This document shows, in pieces, positions 1 through 11,219 of a stretch of DNA of 64,000 bases. Positions within the stretch are counted from its first letter, which is position 1. Each line of letters starts with the position of its first letter. The DNA is from Pseudomonadota bacterium. Its GTDB lineage: Bacteria > Pseudomonadota > Gammaproteobacteria > Burkholderiales > Burkholderiaceae_D. The stretch spans positions 23,343 through 87,342 of the forward strand of contig JAZJXM010000005.1 in assembly GCA_040390915.1 (NCBI GenBank). The letters are read 5' to 3'. The position numbers were made by a program, and so were the translations under genes. The notes below the pieces were generated by a model. It made no database searches. It was not told the origin of the DNA and worked only from the letters and a program-made list of their open reading frames with translations.

Positions 1-870
1 CGACAGCGTAGGCACTTCGATTTCACCGCCCAGGGTCGCTTTGACGAACGAGATCGGCATTTCGCAATGCAGGTCGTCGCCTTCGCGCTGGAACACGGCG
101 TGCGGCTTGATGTGGATCTCCACGTACAAATCGCCCGCCGGGCCGCCATTGGTGCCCGGTTCGCCGTTGCCGGACGAGCGGATGCGCATGCCGTTGTCGA
201 TACCGGCCGGGATCTTCACTTCCAGCGTCTTGTTACGCTTGATGCGTCCCTGCCCGCCGCATGGCGCGCACGGATCGGTAATCACCTTGCCGTTGCCGTG
301 GCACTTGGGGCAGGCTTGCTGGATGCTGAAGAAGCCCTGCTGCATGCGTACCTGGCCGTGACCGGCGCAGGTAGGGCACGTGGTCGGGGCGGTGCCCGGC
401 TTGGCGCCGCTGCCGTGGCACGTGTCGCACTTGTCCCAGCTCGGTACCCGGATCGTGGTGTCGAAGCCGTGCGCAGCCTGTTCGAGGGTGATCTCGAGGT
501 TGTAGCGCAAGTCGGCGCCGCGGTACACCTGCGGACCGGCATTGCGGCGACCGCCGCCACCACCGAAGATATCGCCGAAGATGTCGCCGAAGCTGTCGGC
601 AAAACCACCGCCGCCGCCGAAGCCACCACCGCCACCCATGTTCGGATCGACGCCGGCGTGACCATAACGGTCATACGCTTCGCGCTTTTCCGGATTGGTC
701 AGCATCTCGTACGCTTCTTTGACTTCCTTGAACTTCTCTTCCGATTCCTTACTGTCCGGATTGCGGTCCGGATGGTATTTCATCGCAAGCTTGCGATACG
801 ACTTCTTGATCTCTTCTTCCGAAGAATTCTTGGCGACCCCGAGGATCTCGTAAAAATCACGCTTTGCCAT
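1..870 (-). CDS. dnaJ: Molecular chaperone DnaJ, first 290 codons (3' end lies beyond the window start)
   Basis: Absent from the ORF track because there is no stop in the window. Reverse complement from ATG at 870-868 reads [39 protein letters not shown] (J domain), then a Gly-rich linker and CxxCxG zinc-finger repeats (e.g. CPTCAG). Lies directly downstream of dnaK. Confidence 0.9.
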   Translation of the reverse strand, partial: MAKRDFYEILGVAKNSSEEEIKKSYRKLAMKYHPDRNPDSKESEEKFKEVKEAYEMLTNPEKREAYDRYGHAGVDPNMGGGGGFGGGGGFADSFGDIFGDIFGGGGGRRNAGPQVYRGADLRYNLEITLEQAAHGFDTTIRVPSWDKCDTCHGSGAKPGTAPTTCPTCAGHGQVRMQQGFFSIQQACPKCHGNGKVITDPCAPCGGQGRIKRNKTLEVKIPAGIDNGMRIRSSGNGEPGTNGGPAGDLYVEIHIKPHAVFQREGDDLHCEMPISFVKATLGGEIEVPTLS

Positions 871-899
871 ATGTCGGCACCTTGCTTACTCGTTTATGC

Positions 900-929
900 A
901 AAAAAACCGAGCCACCAGGGGCGGCTCGG
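900..929 (-). terminator. Hairpin plus T-run between dnaK and dnaJ (intrinsic terminator/attenuator)
   Basis: On the minus strand: CCGAGCCGCCCCTGGTGGCTCGG followed by TTTTTTT, 20 nt after the dnaK stop. Confidence 0.5.
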
Positions 930-950
930 CCGTATCGTCGACACGCCAGA

Positions 951-2891
<1,941 letters not shown>

Positions 2892-2930
2892 GATTTTTTC
2901 CTTTTATGTACTTAGTTTCAGATGCTTTGG

Positions 2931-2958
2931 ATATGTGGTAAAACAGCGCGCTTTCAAG
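2931..2958 (-). promoter_or_regulatory. Sigma-32 (RpoH)-type promoter of dnaK
   Basis: Minus strand CTTGAAA-13 nt-CCACATAT, about 40 nt upstream of the dnaK ATG. Matches the CTTGAAA / CCCCATNT consensus. Confidence 0.6.
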
Positions 2959-2983
2959 AGCTGGCGGCGCGGTTTATATGCAT

Positions 2984-3529
2984 TTATTTCGCTTGTGCTG
3001 CGGTCACGATGGCTGGGCGCAGCAAGCGGTCAGCGATCATGTAACCTTTTTGCAACACATTGACCACGGTATTGGCTTCCTGCTCGGCAGGAACCACTGC
3101 CACGGCCTGGTGCTTCATCGGGTCCAGTTTGTCGCCCTGAACCGGCTCGATCGTCATCAGGCGGTTCTTTTCGAATGCCGAGGTGAGCTGCTTGAGCGTC
3201 ATTTCGACGCCTTCCTTGAGCGATTCGACCGATGGCGTTTCCACCTTCAGGGCCATTTCCAGGCTGTCGCGCACCGGCACCATGGCCTCGGCGAAGCTCT
3301 CGATGGCAAATTTGTGGGCCTTGCTGACGTCTTCGGCAGCGCGGCGGCGGATGTTCTCGCCTTCGGCCTTGGCGCGCATGAATGCGTCGTGCATCTCGGC
3401 CAGTTTGGCCTCGGTGGCGCTCAATTGTTGTTCCAATGTCGGCTCGGCCGAATCCGCAACAGCCGCTGGCGCGACGTCTTCGGCTGGCGTGGACACTTCC
3501 TGGTTTTCTTGGTTTTCTTGGTCTTGCAT
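2984..3529 (-). CDS. grpE: Nucleotide exchange factor GrpE
   Basis: GrpE-like ORF upstream of dnaK. Start moved from the track start (3550) to ATG 3529 (MQDQENQ...) because AGGAG lies 8 nt upstream of it. Confidence 0.9.
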   Translation of the reverse strand: MQDQENQENQEVSTPAEDVAPAAVADSAEPTLEQQLSATEAKLAEMHDAFMRAKAEGENIRRRAAEDVSKAHKFAIESFAEAMVPVRDSLEMALKVETPSVESLKEGVEMTLKQLTSAFEKNRLMTIEPVQGDKLDPMKHQAVAVVPAEQEANTVVNVLQKGYMIADRLLRPAIVTAAQAK

Positions 3530-3597
3530 CGAAAAAACTCCTACTATCAATGACTTAGCTGTTTAGATGACGGGGCTTGTACACCACACAGCGCTAG

Positions 3598-3625
3598 AGA
3601 TGGGGTGATAACCTACAATTTCAAG
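3598..3625 (-). promoter_or_regulatory. Sigma-32 (RpoH)-type promoter of grpE
   Basis: Minus strand CTTGAAA-13 nt-CCCCATCT, a near-perfect consensus, about 70 nt upstream of the grpE start. Confidence 0.6.
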
Positions 3626-3767
3626 GGGAATTCGTTACCGTACTTGTAAGCAATGTTACAAATATTACTAAATTTTGAGATACCCAAATATGCCGGACGG
3701 ATTACTATGTAATTACCGTGCTTCATCAGCGAATTGTCGCCACGAAGCGTGCAAAGGAGTATCCGTC

Positions 3768-3869
3768 ATGAAGTTGCCGTTGATTGTAGTCAGCGTCGTC
3801 ACTTACACCATGCTTGCCCTGGCGTGGATCGTGTACGCCGGCCTGACGCCCCCCAACCCGCTATTCTAA
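3768..3869 (+). CDS. Possible 33-aa single-pass membrane peptide
   Basis: AAAGGAG RBS 7 nt before the ATG. Product MKLPLIVVSVVTYTMLALAWIVYAGLTPPNPLF is one hydrophobic helix. No homology is recognised. Confidence 0.3.
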   Translation: MKLPLIVVSVVTYTMLALAWIVYAGLTPPNPLF

Positions 3870-3888
3870 CAGCGCCGACAACTGCGAC

Positions 3889-5022
3889 TTATTTCGCACC
3901 CAATTTGGCTGCCTGCACGCGTCCCGTTTCAGCGTCTTGCTTGACGGCGTCGCGCTGCGCCGTGGTGAGCATGGTCGGCCAGCCCAGCAAGTGCTGCTCG
4001 GCGATATCGGCCAGTCCCGCAATCCATGCCGGCACCTCGTTCAGGCACGCGATGTAATTGAATTCGCGCCCGCCGGCATCCAGAAAATCCTGCTTCGCCT
4101 CGATGGCGATCTCTTCCAATGTTTCCAGGCAGTCGCTGGTAAAGCCAGGACACACCAGGTCGACCCGCTTGACGCCGTCGCGCGCCAGCTGCTGCAAAGT
4201 GGGCGCGGTGTACGGCTGCAGCCACTCGGCCTTGCCAAAGCGCGACTGGAACGTGACCAGGTACTGGCCTTCCTTCAGGCCCAGCTCGGCCGCCAGCAGG
4301 CGCGCGGTCTTGTGGCACTCGCAATGGTAAGGGTCGCCCAAGAGCAGCGTGCGCTTGGGCACGCCATGAAAACTCATCACCAGCTTGTCGCCGCGGCCGT
4401 TGGTTTGCCAGTGCGCCAGGATGGTGTCGCGCAGCGCCAGGATGTAGCCGGGATGGTCGTGGTAGCCGCGCACCATGCGCAGCTCGGGCATGTTGCGCAC
4501 TTGCGCGTAGTGGGCAAACACGGCGTCGTTGATCGAGGCGGTGGTGGTGCCTGAATACTGCGGGTAGGCCGGCAGGATCGCGATGCGCTCGCAATGCTCG
4601 GCCTTGAGCTGGTCGAGCACCTCGGGCAGGGACGGCGAGCCGTAGCGCATCGCCATCGCCACCGTGACCTGGTGGCCGCGTTCGCCCAGCGCGCCGCGCA
4701 GCAGCATGGCCTGCTTTTGCGTGTGCACTTTCAAAGGCGAACCGTCCTTGGTCCAGATGGCCGCATACTTGGCGGCCGACTTGGACGAGCGCAGCGGCAG
4801 AATAATCAGGTTCAGGATCAGCCACCACAGCAGGCGCGGAATTTCCACCACGCGCGGATCGGACAGGAACTCTTTCAGATAGCGCCGCACGGCCGGGGCG
4901 GTGGGCGCGTCAGGCGTGCCCAGGTTGACCAGCACGATGGCGGTCCTGGCAACGGTGCCGTGGGCGTGGGAAGGTTCTTTGCGAAAGGGCATGACAGGGG
5001 CCAGGAGTGACGCGGGGAGCAC
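3889..5022 (-). CDS. hemH: Ferrochelatase
   Basis: 377-aa ORF with [33 protein letters not shown] and the ferrochelatase layout throughout. The true start may be the internal MPFRKEP. Confidence 0.9.
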   Translation of the reverse strand: MLPASLLAPVMPFRKEPSHAHGTVARTAIVLVNLGTPDAPTAPAVRRYLKEFLSDPRVVEIPRLLWWLILNLIILPLRSSKSAAKYAAIWTKDGSPLKVHTQKQAMLLRGALGERGHQVTVAMAMRYGSPSLPEVLDQLKAEHCERIAILPAYPQYSGTTTASINDAVFAHYAQVRNMPELRMVRGYHDHPGYILALRDTILAHWQTNGRGDKLVMSFHGVPKRTLLLGDPYHCECHKTARLLAAELGLKEGQYLVTFQSRFGKAEWLQPYTAPTLQQLARDGVKRVDLVCPGFTSDCLETLEEIAIEAKQDFLDAGGREFNYIACLNEVPAWIAGLADIAEQHLLGWPTMLTTAQRDAVKQDAETGRVQAAKLGAK

Positions 5023-5028
5023 ATATTA

Positions 5029-5751
5029 TCACTGGTAGACGGTGCTGATGGCCAACGGCCGCCTGGCCGCGATGATCTCGCCTTGCTCCGGCCAGTCGGC
5101 GAAGCGGTAGATCGCCACCTTGTAGGTGCCCATGGCGCCGGCATCGAACGGCTGATCATCGGCCGCCGCAATCATACCGCGCTTGGCGGCGCCGCGAAAT
5201 TCGATGCCGGCACCGGCATCGGCGAGCGGGTAGACAAAGCGCACGCCCACGCATTTTTTGCCGAACAGGCGAAACAGGCCGCCATCCTCGCGTTGCGCGC
5301 TGAGCAGCTGTTCGCAGGCGGCGCGCAGCTCGGCGGCGCTGTATGTGCCGTCGTCCCGTTCGCGGATTGTGAAGCGGCCGCTGAAGCGGTAGTTGCCGGC
5401 TTTGCGGTTCAGGCGCAGCACGGCGTCCTCGTCGTACGCCTGCTTGAGCATAGGCAGCGTGGCGCGCCCGATGGCGTCCACCGGAATGGCGAGCGTGGTG
5501 GTGGCGCCGGCCACCATGATCTGCAGGCCGTCGAGCGCCAAGGCCGTGTCGCGCGGGCGGATCTGCATGTGTGCCTGGATCAGCGGCCGGGTGCGCACCA
5601 GCAGCGCGTAGTGATTGGCCGCCTTGTACGCATGGCGATAGCTGCTCCATTCCGAATCGCGCACGTCGGTGATGACCACCCGGTCGATGTCGGGTTCGGC
5701 CGCCGCGGTGAGCAACGGCAGCATGGCGGCGCAAAGGAAAAATCGATTCAT
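5029..5751 (-). CDS. Hypothetical exported protein
   Basis: 240-aa ORF with an N-terminal signal-like peptide MNRFFLCAAMLPLLTAAA. It ends 6 nt before hemH starts, so it is probably co-transcribed. Family not recognised. Confidence 0.6.
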   Translation of the reverse strand: MNRFFLCAAMLPLLTAAAEPDIDRVVITDVRDSEWSSYRHAYKAANHYALLVRTRPLIQAHMQIRPRDTALALDGLQIMVAGATTTLAIPVDAIGRATLPMLKQAYDEDAVLRLNRKAGNYRFSGRFTIRERDDGTYSAAELRAACEQLLSAQREDGGLFRLFGKKCVGVRFVYPLADAGAGIEFRGAAKRGMIAAADDQPFDAGAMGTYKVAIYRFADWPEQGEIIAARRPLAISTVYQ

Positions 5752-5865
5752 GGGGCGCGATTCTAGGGGAAAGTTGATGTTTTGCCTATGTGTCTTTCGG
5801 CACTTACCGTATTGACATCGCTCACGTAGAATGGCCCCGCCCTCACCAATGCTCGCCTGCCCACT

Positions 5866-7107
5866 ATGTTCAACTGGTACCGCAACAATCCGCTCGGCGC
5901 CGTTGGCGTGCTGGCCTGCCTGATTTTCGGCGGTATCGAACTGATGTCGCTGCTGGCCGGCGGCGTCCAGCTGTCGGACTTGAATGCGCCATCGGGCATG
6001 CTGGCCCGGTTCCTGGCCAGCATGCTTACGCCGCCCCCTTCGCTGGTGCGGGCCGGCAGCGCGCGCGTCGAATTGACCAACCAGCTGGTGATCGTGGCGC
6101 AGGCGCTGGGGGCGCTGTTGTTTACGCTGCTGCTGTGGCTACGCACCGGCATCCGGCGCCCTGGCCGTCTGGCCTACGCGATACAGGCCATACAGGCGCT
6201 GCTGGCGGCGGCCTCCCTGTCCGCGCTGCTGTACGTGCTGGCGGCGCAACTGGCGGCCACGCTGCCGCTCCAGCAAGGGCGCCGCTGGCTGGCCGCCCAG
6301 ATCGTGCTGCTGGCCGCGGTATACGTGCAGATGCTGCTGTTTCACCAGGTGGCGCTGGGCGACGGGCCGGTGCGCTTGATCATGATCTACGCCGGCATCG
6401 GCATGCTGTTTCAGATGCTGGTGTTTGGCATGGTCCGGCTGGCCCTTGGCGAGCGCGAAGCGCGCACCACGCTGGCACGTTCGCATGCGGCGCTGCTGGC
6501 GACCCAGGCCATGCTGGCCGATACGGTGCGCGCGGGCGAACGCACCCGCATCGCACGCGACCTGCATGACGCCGTTGGCCACCACCTGAGCGCGCTCAAC
6601 CTGCACCTCGACCTGGCGCTGCGCCAGATCGCGCCGCAAGTGCCCGAAGCGCTGCACACCTCGCGCGAACTGGCGCGCGCGCTGCTGTCGGAAGTACGCG
6701 TGGTTGTCAACAGCGAACGCAACGCACAGCACATCAACCTGCGCGCCGCGATCGCCACCATGTGCGCCGGCATCCCGCAGCCGGCCATCCATTTCGACTA
6801 CGACGACACGCTTGAAATTGCCTCGCCGGCGCTGGCGCACACCGTGTTCTCCTGTGTCCAGGAAGCGCTCACCAACGTCATCCGGCATGCCAGTGCCGCT
6901 CTGGTGACGATTGCAATTCGGGACGACGACGAGCAGCTGATACTCACGGTGCAGGATGACGGCTGCGGCCCACGCGGGGCGGCCGAAGGCAACGGCCTGC
7001 GCGGCATGCGCGAACGGGTGGCCGAGCAGTGCGGCACGCTCGAGTTCACCGGCGGCGCCGGATTCGGCTTCACGATCGCGCTGCCGCTGGCCGGGAGCTA
7101 CGCATGA
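5866..7107 (+). CDS. Membrane sensor histidine kinase (HisKA_3 / NarX-type)
   Basis: Polytopic hydrophobic N-terminus, H-box ERTRIARDLHDAVGHHLSAL, and an HATPase_c tail (DDGCG...GNGLRGMRERV). Confidence 0.85.
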   Translation: MFNWYRNNPLGAVGVLACLIFGGIELMSLLAGGVQLSDLNAPSGMLARFLASMLTPPPSLVRAGSARVELTNQLVIVAQALGALLFTLLLWLRTGIRRPGRLAYAIQAIQALLAAASLSALLYVLAAQLAATLPLQQGRRWLAAQIVLLAAVYVQMLLFHQVALGDGPVRLIMIYAGIGMLFQMLVFGMVRLALGEREARTTLARSHAALLATQAMLADTVRAGERTRIARDLHDAVGHHLSALNLHLDLALRQIAPQVPEALHTSRELARALLSEVRVVVNSERNAQHINLRAAIATMCAGIPQPAIHFDYDDTLEIASPALAHTVFSCVQEALTNVIRHASAALVTIAIRDDDEQLILTVQDDGCGPRGAAEGNGLRGMRERVAEQCGTLEFTGGAGFGFTIALPLAGSYA

Positions 7108-7739
7108 TCCGGGTTGCGCTGGTCGACGACCAAACCCTGGTGCGCAGCGGCATCCGCGGCCTGCTCAACCTCACGCCCGACATCCGCGTGGTAGCCGAAG
7201 CGGCCGATGGCGACAGCGCGATGGCCGCCATTGCCGGCAGCGGCGCCGAGATTTTGCTGCTGGACGTGCGCATGCCGGTGTGCTCCGGCATCGAGCTGCT
7301 GCGCCGTCACCAGCACCAGCTGCCGCCGACCATCTTCCTGACCACCTTCGATGACAACGAAGTGCTGTTTGCAGCCATGCGCGGCGGCGCCAAGGGCTTT
7401 CTGCTCAAGGACATTTCGCTGGAACGGCTGGCCGAGGGCATACGCAGCGTGGCCGCCGGCCAGACGCTGTTTCGGCCGGCGCTGACCGAACGCACGCGCG
7501 CCAATTACGAACGCGGCCCCAGCGCACCGGTGCGCACCAACATGCGCGCCGGCCTGACCGACCGCGAGACTGAAATCTTGGCGCTGCTGGCGGCAGGTTT
7601 CAACAACGCCGAAATCGCCACGGCGCTCGGTCCGGCCGAAGGCACCATCAAGAACCACGTGGCGAATATTCTCTCCAAGCTTGGCGTGCGCGACCGCATG
7701 CGGGCCGTCTTGCTCGGCCTTGAGCTGGGCTACATATGA
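7104..7739 (+). CDS. Response regulator, NarL/LuxR family
   Basis: MIRVALVDDQTLVRSGIRGLL receiver domain plus a C-terminal LuxR HTH (LTDRETEILALLAAGFNNAEIA). Its ATGA overlaps the kinase stop. Confidence 0.9.
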   Translation: MIRVALVDDQTLVRSGIRGLLNLTPDIRVVAEAADGDSAMAAIAGSGAEILLLDVRMPVCSGIELLRRHQHQLPPTIFLTTFDDNEVLFAAMRGGAKGFLLKDISLERLAEGIRSVAAGQTLFRPALTERTRANYERGPSAPVRTNMRAGLTDRETEILALLAAGFNNAEIATALGPAEGTIKNHVANILSKLGVRDRMRAVLLGLELGYI

Positions 7740-8494
7740 ATCGGAAAGCTGCAATGAAACCTATCCTGGCCATGTGCGCCATGCTGGCCATCTACACGCC
7801 AGCGCTGGCCGAATCGACGCGCATGCTCATGCCCGAGGGCTCGAAGGACGTGCAACTGTCGCTGCTGGGCTACTTCGGACCGGCGGCCGAAGGCAGCAGC
7901 AGCAAGCGCTTGCGGATTCTGCCGATGATTTCGGCGCAGTGGGCCAACGGCGTGTTCGTCAGGATGAACGTGATCGGCATGCAGCTGTCAGACAGCGGCA
8001 ACATGACGTATGGTGTCCTGCTCGCGCCAACCATGACCTATACGTCCACCCGGTCGCGTTTTACGCCCGAAGCGGGCGCCTATCTCAGTTACCACGTGGC
8101 GTACGGTGTGGAACTGACGTCGGCCTTGATGTACGGCGGCAGCATCGACCACCGCGGCCTGAGCCTGGACCTGGGCGTGCATTTGTCGATGCCGGTGGCG
8201 GAACACCATACGATGGGACTGGCGGCTGGCGCCAAGCTGGCCAACCGCGCCGCTTTGGAGGCGAACTACGGCGTCACGCCAGATCAGGCCAGCGCCAGCA
8301 TGCCGGTGCATGCGGTCGACGGCGGACTGCGCGACACCGCCTTCAGCGCCAACTGGCGCTGGGAGATCAGCACCCGGTATTCGCTGGCCACCACGCTCGC
8401 AGCGCACCGCTTGCATGGCAGCGCAGCGAGCAGCCCGCGCATGGAGCAGCCAGGCGGGATCGGCCTGGCCACAATACTGACCTATCACTACTGA
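7736..8494 (+). CDS. MipA/OmpV-family outer membrane protein
   Basis: Signal peptide (MKPILAMCAMLAIYTPALA), alternating beta-strand pattern, C-terminal aromatic end ...TILTYHY. Its ATGA overlaps the regulator stop. Family call is by pattern resemblance only. Confidence 0.7.
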   Translation: MNRKAAMKPILAMCAMLAIYTPALAESTRMLMPEGSKDVQLSLLGYFGPAAEGSSSKRLRILPMISAQWANGVFVRMNVIGMQLSDSGNMTYGVLLAPTMTYTSTRSRFTPEAGAYLSYHVAYGVELTSALMYGGSIDHRGLSLDLGVHLSMPVAEHHTMGLAAGAKLANRAALEANYGVTPDQASASMPVHAVDGGLRDTAFSANWRWEISTRYSLATTLAAHRLHGSAASSPRMEQPGGIGLATILTYHY

Positions 8495-8496
8495 GC

Positions 8497-9057
8497 TCAG
8501 AAATGGTAGTTCAGGCCCGCTTCGAGCTTGCGGTTGGTGAGCTTGCTGCCTTCTGATTTGACGGTGCCGTAATCGGTCAACCCCAGCGTCAAGTCGAAGT
8601 TGGCCGGCAAGTGATAGGCAGCACCAATGCCGAGCAGGGGACGGGTCTTGGTGAAGCTGTCGACCACGCCCACGCCACTGACCGACGCCGCGACGCTCTG
8701 GCGGTTCAGACCCACCTTGGCATAAAGTGAAAACGAGGATCCCAGCGCCATGCTGGCCTTGGCGGCGACGTGCACGGCATGCAGGTTCAGCGCCGCGTTG
8801 GGACCGAATTCGAATTTCCCGTGACGCGCGTAGCCCGCTTCAATGGCGAAGTTGGGCGTGATGTCGTATCCGCCCGACAGGTCGAACGACAGCGGATGGT
8901 TGGTGTTCTCCACCCGGCCGGCGTCCATCAGGTCGATGGCGACTTTGCCGCCGTTGGCAACGGCAACGCCAACATAGAATTTTTCTTGCTCGGCGTGAGC
9001 GGCGGAGGTGGCGAGCAGCGCGGCGAGCGCCAGGACGGAATACAGCGTGTTGTTCAT
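8497..9057 (-). CDS. Small outer-membrane beta-barrel protein (OmpA-beta-barrel/OmpW-like)
   Basis: Signal peptide MNNTLYSVLALAALLATSAAHA, amphipathic strands, and a terminal ...GLNYHF typical of OM barrels. Confidence 0.75.
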   Translation of the reverse strand: MNNTLYSVLALAALLATSAAHAEQEKFYVGVAVANGGKVAIDLMDAGRVENTNHPLSFDLSGGYDITPNFAIEAGYARHGKFEFGPNAALNLHAVHVAAKASMALGSSFSLYAKVGLNRQSVAASVSGVGVVDSFTKTRPLLGIGAAYHLPANFDLTLGLTDYGTVKSEGSKLTNRKLEAGLNYHF

Positions 9058-9178
9058 CGATTTCCCTTGATTGGTGACTGTGGATGCTGATCCGGCGTAG
9101 CGCTGAACCGGTGCCCACAGTGTAGGAAATCAATGACGAAAGCACATGTGCCGAAAGGACCAGTAACGCGATAACGCG

Positions 9179-9490
9179 TTATTTTTCTGGCGCCAGCACG
9201 CGCAGCACGCGGCCATAACCAATAGTCCCGCTTTCCCATACATTGAATTCGTCACCGGCTTTAAAGAACGGCAAAGCGAGTGCGGGAAACAGGAATTCGA
9301 TTCCCACTGTGATGGTGCTGCCCAGTTGCAGACCGTCAGCGGGCATCTCGCAGCAGAACGAGAAATGCTGGCCGCGCGCGCTCAGGATGCCGCGGTATTC
9401 GCCCGCCGGAATAGACTCGGCGCGCCCGCCACGGTCAGTGGACAGCAGCTTTATTTTGACGCTGATCTGGGGATCGGTAAGGATGCTCAT
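9179..9490 (-). CDS. Hypothetical 103-aa protein resembling EF-Tu domain III
   Basis: LLSTDRGGRAESIPAGEYRGILS...GDEFNVWESGTIGYGRVLRVL aligns by eye with EF-Tu [23 protein letters not shown]...[18 protein letters not shown]. Confidence 0.55.
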   Translation of the reverse strand: MSILTDPQISVKIKLLSTDRGGRAESIPAGEYRGILSARGQHFSFCCEMPADGLQLGSTITVGIEFLFPALALPFFKAGDEFNVWESGTIGYGRVLRVLAPEK

Positions 9491-9518
9491 AGGCAGGCAT
9501 TATAGGGGTACGGCGCCA

Positions 9519-11183
9519 TCAGGATGCCAGCAATTCACGCGCATGCTTGCGCGTGGTGGCCGTGATTTCCAGCCCGCCCAGCATGCGCGCCACTTCTTCT
9601 ACCCGCGCCTTGCTGTCGAGGACATCGATGTGCGACACGGTCTTGCCGGCTTCGGTGGTGCCCTTGGCCACCTGAAAGTGCTGATTGGCCTGGCTGGCCA
9701 CTTGCGGCAGGTGCGTCACGCACAGCACCTGGCGCTCCTGCCCCAGGCGCTTGAGCAGCCGCCCCACCACTTCGGCCACGGCGCCGCCGATGCCGCTGTC
9801 GACTTCATCGAAGATCAATGTCGGCGTGGTGGTTGCGTTGGACGTGATCACCGAGATTGCCAGCGCGATGCGCGCCAGCTCGCCGCCCGAGGCCACCTTG
9901 GCCAGCGGGCGCGGCGCCACGCCGGCGTGGCCGGCCACCAGAAATTCCACTTGTTCGATCCCGCTGGCGGTGGGCTCGCAGGCATTCAGGCCGACCACGA
10001 AACTGCCGCCCGTCATATTCAGTTCCTGCATCGCGGCCGTGACTTGCGTGCTCAGTAGCGCCGCCGCCGCCGTGCGCGTGCCTGACAGCTTGCGCGCCGC
10101 CGCCATGTAGCTGGCCGCGATTTTTTCTTCCTGCTTGCGCAAGCCGTCAAGGTCGCTGGCGTCGGCCAGCTGCTTGAGGCGCTCGGACAGGTTCGCATAT
10201 TCTTGGGGCAGTTCTTCGGGCGTGACGCGGAACTTGCGCGCCGTGCTGTGGATCGCGTCGAGCCGCGCTTCAACCTGGCGCAAGCGCGCCGGATCGAGAT
10301 CCACCTTGTCCAGGTAATCATTGAGCGCATACACCGCTTCCTGCAGCTGGATGCGGGCCGGCTCCATGCAGTCGAGCACCGGCTGCAGCTGGGCGTCGAC
10401 GTCGACCAGCTTGCCGAGCTTCTGGTTCAGCGCCGACAGTTGCGACAGGATCGGATGGTCCGATTCGGAGATCGCCGCCAGCGCTTCCTGCGCGCCTTCG
10501 AGCAGGCTGGCCGCGTGCGACAGGCGGCTGTGTTCATTGCCAATCTCGGCCCACTCGCCCGGCTTGACCGCCAGCTTTTCCAATTCGCCCACCTGCCACT
10601 CGAGCCGTTCGCGTTCGATCAGCACGTTCTTGGCATTGATCTCGAACTCTTCGCGCTGGCGCGACAAGGCGCGCCACGTTTTATAGGTCGCCGCCACGCT
10701 GTGCGCATCGGCCAGCGCGCCGGCATCCTTGAAGCCGGCCTGGTTATCGAGCAGCGCGCGCTGCGCTTCGGTTTTCAGCAGTGACTGGTGCGCATGCTGG
10801 CCGTGAATGTCGACCAGCAGGTCGCCCAGGTCGCGCAACTGGGTGGCGGTGGCGGCAATGCCGTTGATGAAGGCCTTGGAGCGGCCCGCATTGTCGATCA
10901 CGCGCCGCAGCAGCGCGCCACCTTCTTCAGTGGCAAATTCATTTTGCACGAGCCAGTCCTGGGCCGCGCCATCGACCGAAAAGTCGGCCGTGATATCAGC
11001 CTTGGGCGCGCCTTCGCGCACCACCGAGGCGTCACCGCGCCCGCCCAGCGCCAGCTGCAGCGCGTCGATCAGGATCGACTTGCCGGCGCCGGTCTCGCCG
11101 GTGAATACCGAGAAACCGCTTGAAAATTCTAGTTCAATCGTATCGACAATGACGAAGTCGCGGATGGAAAGTGTACGCAGCAT
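9519..11183 (-). CDS. recN: DNA repair protein RecN
   Basis: 554 aa. N-terminal Walker A FTGETGAGKSILIDAL, long coiled-coil middle, C-terminal SGGELARIALA signature and LIFDEVDSGIGG. Confidence 0.95.
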   Translation of the reverse strand: MLRTLSIRDFVIVDTIELEFSSGFSVFTGETGAGKSILIDALQLALGGRGDASVVREGAPKADITADFSVDGAAQDWLVQNEFATEEGGALLRRVIDNAGRSKAFINGIAATATQLRDLGDLLVDIHGQHAHQSLLKTEAQRALLDNQAGFKDAGALADAHSVAATYKTWRALSRQREEFEINAKNVLIERERLEWQVGELEKLAVKPGEWAEIGNEHSRLSHAASLLEGAQEALAAISESDHPILSQLSALNQKLGKLVDVDAQLQPVLDCMEPARIQLQEAVYALNDYLDKVDLDPARLRQVEARLDAIHSTARKFRVTPEELPQEYANLSERLKQLADASDLDGLRKQEEKIAASYMAAARKLSGTRTAAAALLSTQVTAAMQELNMTGGSFVVGLNACEPTASGIEQVEFLVAGHAGVAPRPLAKVASGGELARIALAISVITSNATTTPTLIFDEVDSGIGGAVAEVVGRLLKRLGQERQVLCVTHLPQVASQANQHFQVAKGTTEAGKTVSHIDVLDSKARVEEVARMLGGLEITATTRKHARELLAS

Positions 11184-11219
11184 GAAATGTAGGTTCTGTT
11201 GTGGTCTGGGATGAAAGGC

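Noticed and set aside
3502-3526. 9-nt tandem repeat GGTTTTCTT x2.7 at the 5' end of grpE (encodes QENQENQE)
   Set aside because: It is in frame (a multiple of 3), so slippage would only add or remove ENQ units. That is not a phase-variation switch, and low-complexity acidic N-termini are common in GrpE.
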